Assembly (NCBI GenBank): GCA_012026655.1 | Contig: JAAILG010000184.1 | Coordinates: 62,001-126,000, forward strand | From: Hydrolagus affinis | Lineage: Eukaryota | Length of the DNA: 64,000 nt | Reading direction: 5' to 3' | In this document: positions 24,781-38,848 of the stretch, piece after piece | Layout: each line of letters starts with the position of its first letter | How positions within the stretch are numbered: the stretch's first letter is position 1 | Made by a program: the position numbers and the translations under genes | Notes under the pieces: model-generated | Told to the model about the DNA's origin: nothing | Database searches by the model: none | What the model saw: the letters and a program-made list of their open reading frames with translations, nothing else

Positions 24781-25649
24781 AATCTTTTTTTCATAGCTCC
24801 TCTCCTTCGGATAAATCAGGTTCCTCTTCTCAGTACTTTTTACTTAAGTAAGTACAGTACCTATATCTTTGCAGTGTGATCAAAACATTATTTTAAGTGT
24901 GGTCCTGTCCTTCCAGCACAGGTTTTCTCAGCACATCATGAATCTGTTTTTAAATGAGTCTGATGTCCTGGCCTCAGCCACCCTTCCTGGCAACAAAGAG
25001 TGGACAGCTAAATAATTCACAGAATGGTATAATGTGTTATGGGAAATTTGCAACCTGGAGCATATTTTATCAGCAGCAGTGAGCACAGTAATTAGTATGT
25101 TTTCAAGAGTGTGACGGGCACATTTACTAAAAACACGTGAACACTGATGCTCTCTCTTAATGAATGAAGCTGTAATTAGTGTGATATTCTGTTTGTTCTA
25201 CATCTCTGTCAGCTTGTGAATATATAGGAGAGATGAACATTTGAAGGGTTTTTATCTGATCATTTACTGGAGTGTTTTTATTTGATTCATTTTTGCTAAT
25301 TATCAATAGCCTGGCAAGTGAAAATATTCAATTCCATAGAACAAATAATGCATTTATTACATGGAAGCAATGGGTCAGCTTTCCATACATACACAGTATT
25401 GTGTTTTTGTATGGAAAGGTTTCAGACAATAGTACAATGTTTTTTACAGCAAAAAAAAGCATAGGTAGAAAAAGGTCATTCATAACTAGTTTCATAGCAG
25501 TGTAATAGGACCTCTACAAACATATGCTTTCAGCATTATAATGCCTTCTCTGATCTAACCTTGAGTGCTAATATCATACCCCAGCACTCTCAGTCTGTGA
25601 CACACAATTTCCTGACCAACACAGCTCCTAACACTAAATGGTTTGATTG

Positions 25650-26160
25650 CTTGAAGGGAATATTGTGCTCAGTCAAAGATCAGCTGTTAGTCGAATGTTT
25701 ATTTTGTGTTGGCCAAAATACCATTTATGTAAAGTATCCCTTAGGAGAATCTGTCTCAGCCACCTGTCCAATTTGCCAGGAATTACATTCATTCAAATAT
25801 GTACAATCTGTTTATGCACTATTCCTAGGCCCGAGAGACACATTGGCTTTGAAATTTGGACCAATAGAATCTATTATTCCCCCCAAATGTGTATTGTTGT
25901 ATTTTATTGGTGCATCCATAGGAAATCACTATCATTCTCTACAATATCAATATCTTGGGACATTCCCACGTGGAATTTAGTGCAGTGCTGTGCTGTTCTT
26001 TGCATTTCCATTATTTTGGCGAGATAGTGTATTTATATTTTTGGTTTAATCAACTGGTCCTGGCACATCTCATGTTCACATTATTGCAGTACATATGTGT
26101 CGCCATCTGTTAGGGTCAATGTGAATTCCCAGATTATGAATCTGGTTGTCCTGAATGTTT
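25650..26160 (-). mobile_element. Decayed L1-clade LINE ORF2 3' fragment
   Basis: Minus-strand peptides NLGIHIDPNRWRHIC and WKCKEQHSTALNSTWECPKI appear in the order expected for the fish L1 DLG...W..IC block and the C-terminal zinc knuckle; many stops and frameshifts. Confidence 0.5.
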
Positions 26161-27699
26161 ATTATAGCAGTCTGTCCAAGAAACTTCAAAATAACTTACG
26201 TTTCTATAGAGCCCTTCAAGTAAGGTAATGTCTCATATTTCATTCCACACTTCAATTTGCCTCCAAGGATAAACCAAATTGCTCTAATTTGGAGTAACGT
26301 TTGATATGCTTTATCTGTATATTTTATAGATGTACAATCTGAATAAATCCATAAACAAAAATGTTCTTCTCTGCATATCATTAAGTTGTATGGAGTTAAA
26401 TAAAGAACATAAGAATTTATTATTTATTCAAAGGCTTCATAACCATTATTATCTTCATAACTTCCAGTACTCATTTAAGAATCAGCAGTTAGATGGTTAG
26501 GCATTCTGAAAGCATGAGATCAAATAAGCCCAAACACCTTCTTCACTCATACCTCTCTTGTGATCCTTCTTGGTACTGTTCCCAAGTACAGCTACATATC
26601 CAGTTTATCTTGTTTTAATTGGATACTCCGCAAATGTTTAATCCACACAGGATCAACTCTGTTTGTCTAGAGTTTGTCACTTCACTCCTGTTTAAAGTTT
26701 ATACTGCATTAAAAAAAAACCTGGAATACAGTTATCCATGAGCTATTCAGATATTATTATTATTATTATTGAATCCTTTCCCTGAGAATTAGAATTTCTG
26801 GTCAGGAACTGGTAGAAAGACCGTAAGTGGTCAAATGACAGAACAATTGTATTATTACTATGTTATTAGTACCATTGTTATAAATGTGTGAGAAGCACAA
26901 CTGTTGCCCAAGGATAAAAGTATTGATGAGTGCCAGACTGGTATATGTGAATCATTCATTACCTGAACTATCGCAGAGTGCAACTCAATTGCAGAATGCG
27001 ATTGCGGTTGCTTTTTGGGCTGTTTCTCAACCAAATGAAAAGGCCCAAAGGTTACAACCAAAGGTTGGAATGCAAAACACTGGCTGCCTCTGGGAACTTT
27101 TTCATTGAATTGCATTGGAAAACTGACAGTTTCATTCACAAACCAGAAATCACTATTAACCAATGTCACATTTGAGAATGTCACATTGTAACTAATTTTG
27201 ACTGATAGTCATTATTTGAGTAACTTTGCTGACAACAGCATCCATTGTCTGGAAATCATCAGCGAATCAAGCACATCCAAATTATTTCATTCTCTCTTTC
27301 TGCTTTTGGGCCTACCTACAAATCCTCTTCCCCTACCACCCCACACAATATTTATATTTTGTGTTCTATTCAACCATAGATCACCTGGCATTTATCTGAA
27401 TTGCAATCCATCTGTTACTTCTTAGCCCATCTGCTTAATTGGTCCGGATCTTCCTGATTCCCAGGTTATTTACGGTTACAATAAAAAAAAGGTTGATATA
27501 CCCAACGTTTTCTGTCGGGATTCTGGCAGTAATTCTTTGGGCTTTTTATCTTCCCAGAAGTTATACCCGAGCAATTGAATTCTCTGGTCTGGCAACACTT
27601 ATGAGTACTGCGTAAAGAGGTACATAAAATGTTAAATAGAACTGGGAAAATAAGCTCAGAACAACCATTTCCAATGCGCTGAGATAGCAGAACAAAGGG

Positions 27700-27900
27700 A
27701 CATATGTTTAGGGTTCCAAAGGGCAACTTCAGGATAGGAATGGGGAAATATTACTTTAATCAAAGGATAATTAATGATTGAAATAGGTTAATGAGAAGAA
27801 TGGTTGAGGATTGAAATTCTCATTATTTAAAAAGTTTGATGCTGTGATGGAAACTCAGTAAGTTGGGTGCATATTCTGGAAAGTGAATTGAAGGTCTCTA
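27700..27900 (+). mobile_element. Decayed CR1 3' fragment
   Basis: Reads GKYYFNQRIIND*NRLMRRMVE, like CR1 RK.FF.QRVV..WN.LP..VV.A. Confidence 0.6.
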
Positions 27901-28020
27901 TTCAACTGAACCAATTCTGTGACCTTTCCAGCAGCAACCATGGTATGAGATATCTGAGCCCATTGTAGAACCTTGAGATTTGTTTACTGTTTTTACGCCA
28001 CTATATACATAAAAATTCAT

Positions 28021-28097
28021 GCCCACAAAATATACAGTCAATTCATTTTATTCCGTTCAGACATCTTGAAGACATGATAAGCCACTCTATCAAATGC
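28021..28097 (+). mobile_element. Decayed young-SINE 3' fragment
   Basis: GCCCACAAAATATACAGTCAATTCA...GAAGACATGATAAG..CTATCAAATGC. Confidence 0.65.
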
Positions 28098-31000
28098 TCT
28101 ATCGAATCCTTTCAATAATATCATTAAATAATTTTTTCCTTTCATTGAAGCGCATTAGCTTCATTTAATTAATTAGTTGTAAATGAATGTGCTTGTCCCA
28201 AATATTTATTTCATTGGGACAATGGTGGCCAACCTTTGTATGTGGCCAGCAAAATAAATTATCTTGATTGATTTCTGCTCATTAAACAAGAAATATTCAA
28301 TTGAGACAAACAGAAAAAAATACTTCTGATCAAATGCAGACTTACTTCATGTTGGCCCCATCTGCATTGGAGCTTCATATCTGGACATTATATAGCAGCA
28401 TTGAGGAAATGAGAGCAAATGAATGCAACCATTTGAACCAACTGAATTGCCTTCCCCTTGACATCCCACCACATCCCCCAGACACCAAACAACTTCATCA
28501 CTCCTCTCCCTTTCATTCCCACCACATCTCCTGTGCGCAATATTCACAAACATTCCTTACAGATTAAATAACCATAATCTGCGGAAATCAAACCGCATCT
28601 GCAATTTTCTCCTGCTCTGATCCAGATCGTGAGGTTTGTTTAATAGCTAGTCAATAAATTGTCCTCTGAATGTAACTTTCATTCTGTTCCCACAAAATAA
28701 GCCATGCAATCTGCTCAGTATCCATAGGAGTTAATTTACATCTGGAGTTAGGACCGGTGCTTGCCTCAAGGGATCTTGTCAGGAAATTGAGCTGATGACC
28801 ACAATTGATATGAAAAGTTATTACTAGCCTTGAACAAAGCATAAATTTCATGGGAAAAGGGGTACAGGTGTTTTAAGAAAAATTCCCAGACTGAAACACA
28901 TTTTTCCTAACAACTTTAAACTGGTACTAAAAGTTTCAAATGCAATAATTGGAAGGACTTTAGACTTACAAGGTCATTAAGGGATTTATAAACAATAAAT
29001 GTATTGCAGGGAATTAGGGATGGAATTGTTTTGTATATTACAATGAGCCTAGAGTCTTTTATATATCAGGAAGTATAAAGTGAAGCCCATTCTTCAATTT
29101 AATGTTTTTAAAATGAGAAGCATTCAATTGTAAAATTAGAAAACATTATAAATGTAATTCAGGTCATGTAGAAAGAAACTTATTAACACAGTAAATGGAG
29201 GAGCAACATTACTCATGACCCTTAAGAGCAAAGAATTTGTCAGCAGTTCTGAGTTCAAATTGACTGGCAATTTGATTTCCTTTTTTTTAAGTCCAGGGCA
29301 AAAGCTGGTTGGGTTCCAAAGAAGGACAAACACTAGAATAGATATATTCTATATATTTTATATGGAATCATACAGTGTGGGATAAGTGCCTTTGCACCAT
29401 TACAGATCGGCTACTAATTATTTGGAGGCCTTAATCTACCCTTGCCATCATTAATATTGAGTCACATTTTGAACTGTGAATAAATCATAGGTAGGGAACA
29501 TTACTGCCCAACCTGAAAATCACCAATTAAACCAATAGTCAAGATGGCGTGACAGACCAATATAGGTCCAGTAATGATTGTGCAACACATTTGTATGCTA
29601 CACACATTGTCTGATTTAAAATTCTATTCTTCTCCACCCCCACCCCCCCACCCCCACGTGAATTCACAATGTATTCCATGACGTGCTGCTGTATATGAAA
29701 CGGTATAACATGGGTCAAGAGACCCATTGTGACTAAAACCTCAAATAGCTGGTATTCTGCAAACTGGATGTCAAGGACCATTATTGAAGGGAAGATGGTC
29801 CAGCACCGCGGAGTATACTTGACAAACATTACCGTTGAGAATGTGTTGGCATATTCTTTTAGAGGTTTGTCAGACGTGTGCTGTTACCATGTAAACCGTC
29901 TTGACAATGTGCAAAAAAAAGCCACCAAATAGGAAGGTTTTATCTTTTGTAAAATATAGAAACAAAGATTTTTTTTACACGTAAGGAGGCCATTCCGTTC
30001 CATCACAGTACTGTAAAATGTTTAGGAGGCAATTTCCCACATTATAAATCAACCATTCCATTCTTAGGAAAATCAAACTTTATAAATAACTTTTCATTCT
30101 TCAAAAACCTTCCACTATTGTGCACTGAACTCCCCTGAATGTTAATGTATGACTTTCAAGATCACTGGTAGATTGGACCAATATGTAAATGTGTTAATTA
30201 GAACTGATTAAACATATGGACATCACGGAGTGATTGGGGATAGTTCTATACAGCCTTTTACCACGAAAGACACCCAATTAGAAGTTAGTTGGAATTATGC
30301 AAATGCCCAACTTCAACAAGCAAGAATGGGGCTGTTGACCTATGCTAATGAATCTGACACCATATGCTGGTGGCAGTAAAGGACGCAAATTGGAGATTAA
30401 ATTGCAAAGGAGACTACATTTTAGAGATACAGAAGTGTTTGTTTTGGTGAAACAATTCAAGTTTCAAAGATGTTCTCTCCAGAACCAAATTAATGTTGTC
30501 AACCACGGCAGGAAAGAAAGGCACAGGCTATGATATCTTATAAAGTATTAACAGTTTTACAAACTCACAAGGCTGCTGTAACCAGTTTAATGACATGCAG
30601 CAAAGAAGCAAATTATACAGTGTATAATAATAAGGGCTGCAGCAAAACAATGCACATGAAATGGAGATGGAGGAGAAACAAACCACGTCCTTGCCTGTAA
30701 TCTGTGATAAACAATCTTACCTTCCGCGACACAAGAAGTTAGGTTTGAAGTATTGGTTTGGTTAACAAAATTTACACAGTTGGGTTTTGTAAGATCCGGT
30801 TTTGTAAGAAATTTTACCTAATAGAAGTGATATGGTTTACAAATCTTTTAATATCATACACAATCCAAAGGTTAATGCGTTAACATATACAATTATTATA
30901 TTGTTAAGTTACATTAAAGCAGTAGGATACAACAAAATTGATATTACCCGATTCCATTGGGGAAGTCACTCACCACCAGCTGCCTCACAACTGTTCCTCC

Positions 31001-32234
31001 TACGATGATTCCATCTATTCCAAAGTTACATCTTTTATGTTTTTCTAACTCCATCTCCCCTTGTCACGGAGGTAGCTCCCATTCTTGGCTGGTTGTTTTG
31101 CAAAGAGAGATATAGATAATAGCCTTCCACAGCCTGCTTGTTTTTCAGCTTTGAGATAGGCAGATGTCTGAGGCTGTAGCCTTTTCCTTCAGGGGTCCAT
31201 TGTTCTTACATCTATGCTCAAGGACCCGATTGTTCATCATCTCAGAGCAGTCAATATCTTCCCAGGAAAATATGGAATGTGATCAGAAACTGACCTCAAC
31301 CATTCCAGCAATGCTACTGTTAACCCCTGCTAAGCTAGTCATTAAACCAAACCAACCTTATCAAAGGATTATGGGTAGGTTACATTCTAAATGTATATAA
31401 AGATTAATTAAAAGTCTTAAAAACATTAAATGTCACAAATATAATCTTACAGTTTGCTTACAAATCACCAAGTCATTACACTTTATATTATGTCCTGTAA
31501 AGCATATAGAGACATCCTTCTGATGCGAATGGTGTTAAATCAAATACAGTATAAGGATTATTTATATGTATTTATTAATTTAAGTGAGAACTGCATTTGG
31601 ATGTCCTTAATTGTATATTTCGCATTCAGTGTCAAACATTACAAAATTACCTGTAGTCTTTTTCATTGTTTATTTGTGATTTCTGGTGTACACATTCATT
31701 TTCAAAGCATTTTAAAAAGTCACAATAAGTTTACTAATATTGTTTGTAACTTCATAATTGATTCATATGAAAGAGTCTTGTGTCTTGCAATTGGACACAT
31801 GCATCCCTGTCCAATAGCACAATAAAAGACGATATAATGTACAAGCAGCAAATAAATGTATTAATATGAACAAATCATTGTTAGATATTTCAGTTATATG
31901 CACAAACACTGAAATTGAGATATGCATCTATTAGATTAACTGAGATAGGTATAGATTAATGTCCAGTCTGCATGTGCTGTACAAGTGAAGTATGCCAGAA
32001 CAATATAGAATTTGCATAATGGCCTAGGTTAATTATATCTACCCTCCAATAACATCCAGTTAATACACATCAGTACAGTATTTTAGTTCACCAATGGAGC
32101 TGACATACTGTCACATATCGCCAATTGGAATTTCTAAATGCCAATAATGCTCAATGTAACCTTAACATCTAGACTGTGTGTTTTAGCCTGACAGAACATC
32201 ATTAGCAGATCAACAGGATTTTACTTCTTTTTAA

Positions 32235-32409
32235 AAATTTGGTCACTTGATCAACGACTGCTGGTGGGACACTGGTGTGCGCAATTGGCTGCAACGTTTA
32301 GCCCCTAAAATACACAGTCAATTCACTTTACAAGATATTCCGTGAAGCGCTTTGAGACATCTGAACAACATGATAAAGCGCTATATCAAATGTATGGATT
32401 ATTATTATT
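32235..32409 (+). mobile_element. Young SINE 3' half
   Basis: Deu core GTGGGACACTGGTGTGCGCAATTGGCTGC and tail AAAGCGCTATATCAAATG..(ATT)n. Confidence 0.88.
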
Positions 32410-34833
32410 GTTACACCAAAGGTGCTAGTGGTAGAATTGTCATTTTTTTCACTTGTACTGCCCTGATTTGGAATAGATTTGCCAGACCTCCGTCAGGTAA
32501 AACATGTACCAAGTGCCAAATGGGCAGAAAAGGATAATCAGGGCTGACACAACAGAAATATCGCTCATTAAACCTCAGTCTGGGCAATCAGCCATTGCCG
32601 CTAACAAGCAGGGTTTATTAAAAAAATACTTTCTTGGAGAGCACTGCTGAACTCATTTCCTCAGTGGGGTTTGACACTAACCTGGTGTTTTCACAGTTAT
32701 GCGGGAAGTGTTTAAAACACAAAGGTTTAAGGCTTTGGTTTCATCTAGTGCTGGGCTAGATGTCTCTCTCTGCAATGCACACAAGGCATATTCAACATTT
32801 CAGGCAGTAAAATGAATGCATTTTGTTGGTAATGACGGTGGGTGTTGAAATAATAAAATTTAATTTCACAGGGAGAGACAGCTGCAGTGAGATCATACTC
32901 TGATTTCCACCCTCAGAAAGATTAGCAAGATACCGCCTGCACAATGGAAAGCCTGGGCTAGTTATTTAATGCACCGGTGTCACCTGGAAATACAAGGGAT
33001 CTCTTAAATAGACGTTAGCTGAATAATCTGCCATCCTATAATTATACACTTTTAGGAAGTCCAATTACTTTCAGTCGCTGTAACTTTAGAGGGTGAATGA
33101 AGCAACAGAATGTTCAAAATCGGATTGCTATATGTAGTTAAACTGGTTGGGATGTGTATGTAGCAGAATAATTAATTACAAACTGTAGATCATAGGACTT
33201 TTTAAAAAAAAATGCTATTTCTTGTAAATATACAATTTCTTGTGAAGCTCCAATGTTACATTTCTTACTGTTTCCTTTATGGCTATTTCAACAATAAGCT
33301 CCTACAGGATTCCACTTGTGAATGTCCCTGGTGAAAGGTTTGGATCAAATTTACCAGAAAATTGAATTCCTTTGTTACACATAACACCATGAATGAAGCA
33401 TGCTTGATCGTAGAGAGATGCCATTTATTCTCCCACCATACACACACATTTCTGGGTGGAGGTATGGCAGGTTGTAGGTGCCATTAAATGTTTTGAGCTG
33501 CCAACATCCTTGAGAATGGGGCAGCTTTAACCCATCGTGTCTATCTCAGCAGTCTTAAAGAGCAACCTTTTGGGTCTCATTTAGTATGAGCATCAAATAT
33601 GCCTAAGGCAGCAGCAGCAGCATGCGTTAAACCAAGTTTGCATTGCCGAACATATTTCAGGAGTGTCTGTCTGATTCAGTTTCCTCTCCTGTTGGTAAAA
33701 CCACTCAATTTATATTGAGGATTAGTTTCACCAAAGGAGGGAAGCAAAAGCAGCCAAAAATATTGCCTGCCCAAATGTCATATTATTTAAGAAATATCTA
33801 CATGAGATTACTGAACCAGTATTTTCAAACACAAAAGTGGAGGATATGTTCCAGTTTCCCCCCTTTGTCCATTTAATGTTTTCTTCGCAATTATGGATTT
33901 TAATATTTTTCGCAGAAGGCGAACAATCTGGGAAGGCAGTCAAATCACTGTGTCAATAACTTCGCTGAGCATATTAAAGATCCTTTGTTTTCCAGGAGGA
34001 CAATCTTGCACTCTAGAAATTTCACAGAGCTAATTTGGGGGTATCCAAAATGTCATCAGTCTCGGAGTTTACTATAACTTTTCTGTTAGCGATAAATTGT
34101 TTCAAAGAGCCATTCTAAATTGCATTTTCAAACTGTCAGAAATATTGTTATGAAAATAATGGCATAAGCTGCATTGGCTCCATGAAGGTTTTGTTGCAGG
34201 GTGATATAACCTCTTAAACCTAACGGGAAAATATGTTCCAGTGAGTCGGAAATGACTACATTATGAAACATAACATTTGGAATACAGGACTGAATGGATG
34301 AATACTTATTTCAATTTTTAAGTGCATTTGCTGCTGTGAGAATGTTGCAGTAAGGAGGAAATTAAGTGTGGGAGTTTTGATTTCATTGCCTGTTTGTGAA
34401 TCTGGATAAATAAAACTGTTCCACTGAATCCTTAGCAATGGTGCGATGACATTTGGAGCTTTGCGATAATGCTCCATCATACTTTCAAATGTACTGTACT
34501 CATCTTAAGTATGTACTTCAGATAATTGTGTACCAATTGCAATATATCAGTTATACTCTAAAGAGAAGTACTTCATACTTTATTTTCCAACATAGCTGAA
34601 GAGGGACAAAAGCATTAATAAAGGTCACTTGTAGCAGCCCTGGTGGTGTGACTGATATAGCTGCAGCTTATAGACCCGGATCTTGTTGGATCGATTTTTG
34701 GTTCACTCTGAGTTTTGCTGGTCTGTTTTCAGCCAGGATGGGGAGAGTAAATTTGTCCCAGCCTTCCAAGGGTTTGGGAGGGGAAAATCAACTGGGAATG
34801 CTGAATCTCCCTTCAGCACCCTGCATTCATAGT

Positions 34834-34905
34834 TTGTGTGTGTATGTAGATATATATACTGTATATATACTGCATATACATATATATGTATATATGTATA
34901 TATAC
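34834..34905. repeat. Imperfect (TG)n/(TA)n microsatellite
   Basis: Alternating purine-pyrimidine run TGTGTGTGTATGTAGATATATATAC...TATATAC. Confidence 0.85.
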
Positions 34906-35657
34906 GTGGAGGCTGAGTGGAAAGAGGATTGGCTGTGGCAGAGACACAGGTGAACACTGGACATGTGGGAAGGGAACCAGGGGGCTCCCAGCAACTATGG
35001 AACTACCCATTATGAGGAAATGAGCAGTATGAGGATGCTGAGCTGGGCAGAGTGAGGCTGGAGAGCATGAGTAGAGAGGAAGATTCCATTGAAGAGAAAA
35101 TTTGAAAAACATATTAATAATAGAATGCACAAAATTTTTATTTTAAAAAAATGAAGGTGGCTCATTTGTGATAATAGAAATAAGGTTGCAAGATGTTAAC
35201 GAAACAATTAGACATCTCATTCATAAAGTATAAAAGTTAAATCAATATGTAAATTGGAAACAAAAATAAATGTATTTGTTTTCTTCTACATGAAGAAAAG
35301 CACACGGTAATTTACTCTGCTGCTGCTGATGCACGTTGAAGTCTGCATTTTTTTTTATAATTCATATCTAATCATCACTGCACTGATAATGTTTATCTTT
35401 TTCACATTTATGATACAATTGAACTGTTATTATGGTATTGAAAATGTAAATTCAACATTCAAAATGATCTGGAAATTACTCAAGTAAATTATACAGTAAA
35501 ATATAAATCTTATTATTTCATTGTACAGTATCACCATTTTTCAATTTTTGGAAGCTATTTTGATCTGCCTACTTTTGCAATGTTTTATGGTTCACTTTGT
35601 GTGGTAATTCTCTGCTTAATCTCTTTCAGGCTTATTTCTCCTAAAGTGCTATCCACC

Positions 35658-35709
35658 TTTCTGCCTCTTTCCCTCTTGCGTGCTGTCGCAAGAGGGAAAG
35701 AGGCAGAAA
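35658..35709. repeat. Perfect 23-bp inverted repeat with 6-nt loop
   Basis: TTTCTGCCTCTTTCCCTCTTGCG-tgctgt-CGCAAGAGGGAAAGAGGCAGAAA. Confidence 0.98.
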
Positions 35710-36939
35710 ATCTCCAAGATATCCTTTAATGCTGTTCCGAACAAGCCAGTATATATTTTTATCGTACATTTTTAATTCTGAGAGGAATCCTCTACAAACT
35801 GTTACAAAGAATTATGATTAATGTTACCTTTTTCCCCATGGTTATAGATGTTTTGCTTAAAACACATGTAGTTATGACACCATTTTGACTAGCTTGAATG
35901 AGAGTTACTGAAGCCAACAGTGCAAGGGAGCTGAAATACTATTAGTAATTGACCTTAGAGTGCATCAGCACCAATTGTATGTTAATTCAGCTCTCCTGTT
36001 CAGTCAGGCTCAATACCTCTCCTAAGCTAGCATCCCACTATGTAGCACATTTACATTGCAAAGAAGAGTACTTCAGTCTGGTTCAAGTAGGAATACTCTT
36101 AAGCTGCTGGTGTTGATTTTACCTACATTTACTTTCCAGAATTGAATCCAGCATTCTGATATCAACATCAAAATTAAACAATAGATTGTTTTCGAACGGC
36201 AATATGGCCTGGGCCAATATAAAGCAGGGAAGGGCCCTACATATGCTGCTGTTTCTGGTGCCGTTGCCTCTGAAAGCAGTATGTAAATCCATCAAGGATG
36301 GTAAGTGGCTGTGAAGTCAGATATGATGCTTCATTACATTGCAATACTACTGCTGATGGTCAGACTGACACCATAACGATGGAAGAATGCTCCAAGACTC
36401 ACTCTTTAACTGAAAGTATTCCACTAACTTTCAAAATGGAGCACGAGGATAATCAAATTAATTGCAATACTTTGTAACAAATGGATTTTTAAAATGGGTT
36501 CTGATGGCGAGATTCCTTCTCGTCTGTTCCATTTTATATCAGGCAGATTAGCCTTGATTGACATTAATGAATACTAAAAGGGCAGAACAAAATGGTTTTG
36601 GGGGCATTCATTTGATTCAAGCCCTGGACCGGGATTTGGTTTCAGATTGGAATTAATGGCACTGGTTGCAGTAGAAATCAGTTTTTTCAGTAAAAATCAG
36701 TCCATTGAATGTTAAGTGGTCCAATGTTATCAAAGAATCAGTTGTACTCCTGGCTTTTTACTAATGTTTTTAAAAAAGTTAACCACCATTTATGTGGTGA
36801 TGAGCAGAATCGTATTACAAAAAATTTGCACTTGTATAGCGCACTCCATGCAGGGCAGCGTCTCAGAGTGCTTGGCTCTCCTCTATGCTTTCCTTATCCT
36901 CAGGCTGAGAGACAGAACTGGAAAATGTAAACAAATCAC

Positions 36940-37120
36940 TCTGTTTCAAATCACTCTACCATATTCCATTGCCTCCAGCAGTATAAACCCAATTCTTCAA
37001 TTATGTCTTTGGTCATCTCCCTCCCCTCCACACCCTTCCCCTGTTTCTGCTAGGCACCCATCTCTGTAAAGAGTTCTGATATCTTATTCCATGTGAAGGG
37101 CGCTATGAAAATGCAAATTG
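36940..37120 (+). mobile_element. Decayed L2 3' end
   Basis: Pyrimidine-rich UTR-like tract followed by CATGTGAAGGGCGCTATGAAAATGCAAATTG. Confidence 0.45.
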
Positions 37121-38195
37121 ATCGGTAAAAGGAATACTAAACAACCTTGTCGGTAGCTTTCTCTTTCATTATACTGTACCATATTCATATTATAAATGAT
37201 TTACTAATTCATTGCAGATATTTTAAATTTTCATTTCTTTAATCCTTAGAAAACATCTATTTAATTACTTGCTAACATTTTCTTCTTGCTGTGATTTGAT
37301 GACTTTGCTTCTGTATCCTGTGCCCTATCTGTTGCTTGTTATTTTGCAACGGTTCAGTGCACTTTTTTTTTTCTATTTCAGTGCTTTATATCACGTTTGA
37401 AATTCTGACCTTTACAAAGATACCCAGTGATATTTATTTCATTTGTTACCATAAAAAATTTTTAATTCAATTTTTTTTTGTGTGTGTACGGGGTGGAGAA
37501 TTGTTGACAGTCACAAATTTTACTGCAGAATCAATGTGTGTTATTTCATTTTCAAAATGTTTCTTTGATTACAAATTGGTATTTTAATCTGCATTCCTAA
37601 ATGCAAAGTGTATAAATGTTCCAGTCTCCTTGTCCAATTCCCACTCATTTCAGATCATTACCTCTGTTCATTCTGCTGTGATTCTTCCTTGTATCTTTGT
37701 GAAGTGATGGAAATTAGAAACAAATGCAAAGGTGCCCATTATTGTACTGTTCCAACCTGCAGAACAGTCCGTGAAGCTGAGAACAATAGACATACAAACC
37801 TGCACTGCACAACTCTGGAAATGCATTGCCACACTTATCCTGTGCACTTTTCCTGTCACGTGCAATAGCTTGCAGGTTAGAGGAGGTAAATGAAGACAAA
37901 AGGACTAATGTTTCCCATGAGGATCCTGAAATACATTTAAATGACTGTTTTAGTAGATGTAAAACAAAAAGAACCTTGTTTTCCTATGGCCAAAGGGGTT
38001 TTATTTGTGGTGTGAGAAAGGCTGGCAATTAAATACATTAGTTTGACTACAAATATCTCACAAATATCTACAAATATCTCACAAACATATAATATATTTG
38101 ACTAATTTGACTAATTTCTCTATCTCTCCTATCCCGCCTCACCCCCTCCCCTCCCCCCGACAGACACACACACAAACCTCCGGGACACTGAATAG

Positions 38196-38327
38196 TGTTC
38201 GTGTTTCACCCCCGCCCAAACACTCCCCTCCCAGCTCGGGTCACACTCCCCCTGTGCAGCGCCTTGGGACGTCCTCCCGACGTGAAAGGCGCTCTATAAA
38301 TGTAATTTGTTGTTGTTGTTGTTGTTG
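38196..38327 (+). mobile_element. Young L2 3' end with candidate TSD
   Basis: One substitution versus 3744-3867; TGAATAG at 38189-38195 and 38326-38332. Confidence 0.9.
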
Positions 38328-38848
38328 AATAGGTTCACCATTAACAATGATTGGCAATCTCCAGGTCCCATCCTGAAGTTAAAAGATCACATTTAACTTT
38401 ATGTCACACATGATGTTGTTGTCGACATGTAATCCCTTTCATGCCCGCACATCACAAGTGAGAACAGATGGCATGTGAAATGAAAAGTCATTTCATAGGA
38501 GCTTTACCCAAACCTTTGCACAATCCACACAGTGCTAAAGCTGCTCTTTAAAATTAATATGTGCGTCTGATTTTTAATTCTGATCTTAATAATTTTTTAT
38601 TTTAATGGGTAAGATTAAATTGTTTTATTTTAATGACCCATCTAATGGGGTAACATTTGTATTTCCTTTTTAATCCATTCCTTGTGTTAACTACCCCAAG
38701 GAATGTGTTAAGAAACTACCATAAATTGTAACCTATTATATTGTATAGAAAGAATACATCATGAGCAAAGAAAACAATATGATCACATTTTTACGCTGCT
38801 GATCATAACTCTGCCCTTCCTGACTTAAAATTGCCTTCTGTGTTAATG

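Noticed and set aside
34636-34820. GC-richer tract resembling an ancient shark SINE-like repeat
   Set aside because: Too decayed to assign or delimit without a library search.
36140-36300. Plus-strand segment with a good acceptor and ATG/GTAAGT donor
   Set aside because: The core GGCAATATGGCCTGGGCCAAT resembles an old shark interspersed repeat as I remember it, and the peptide is unrecognised.
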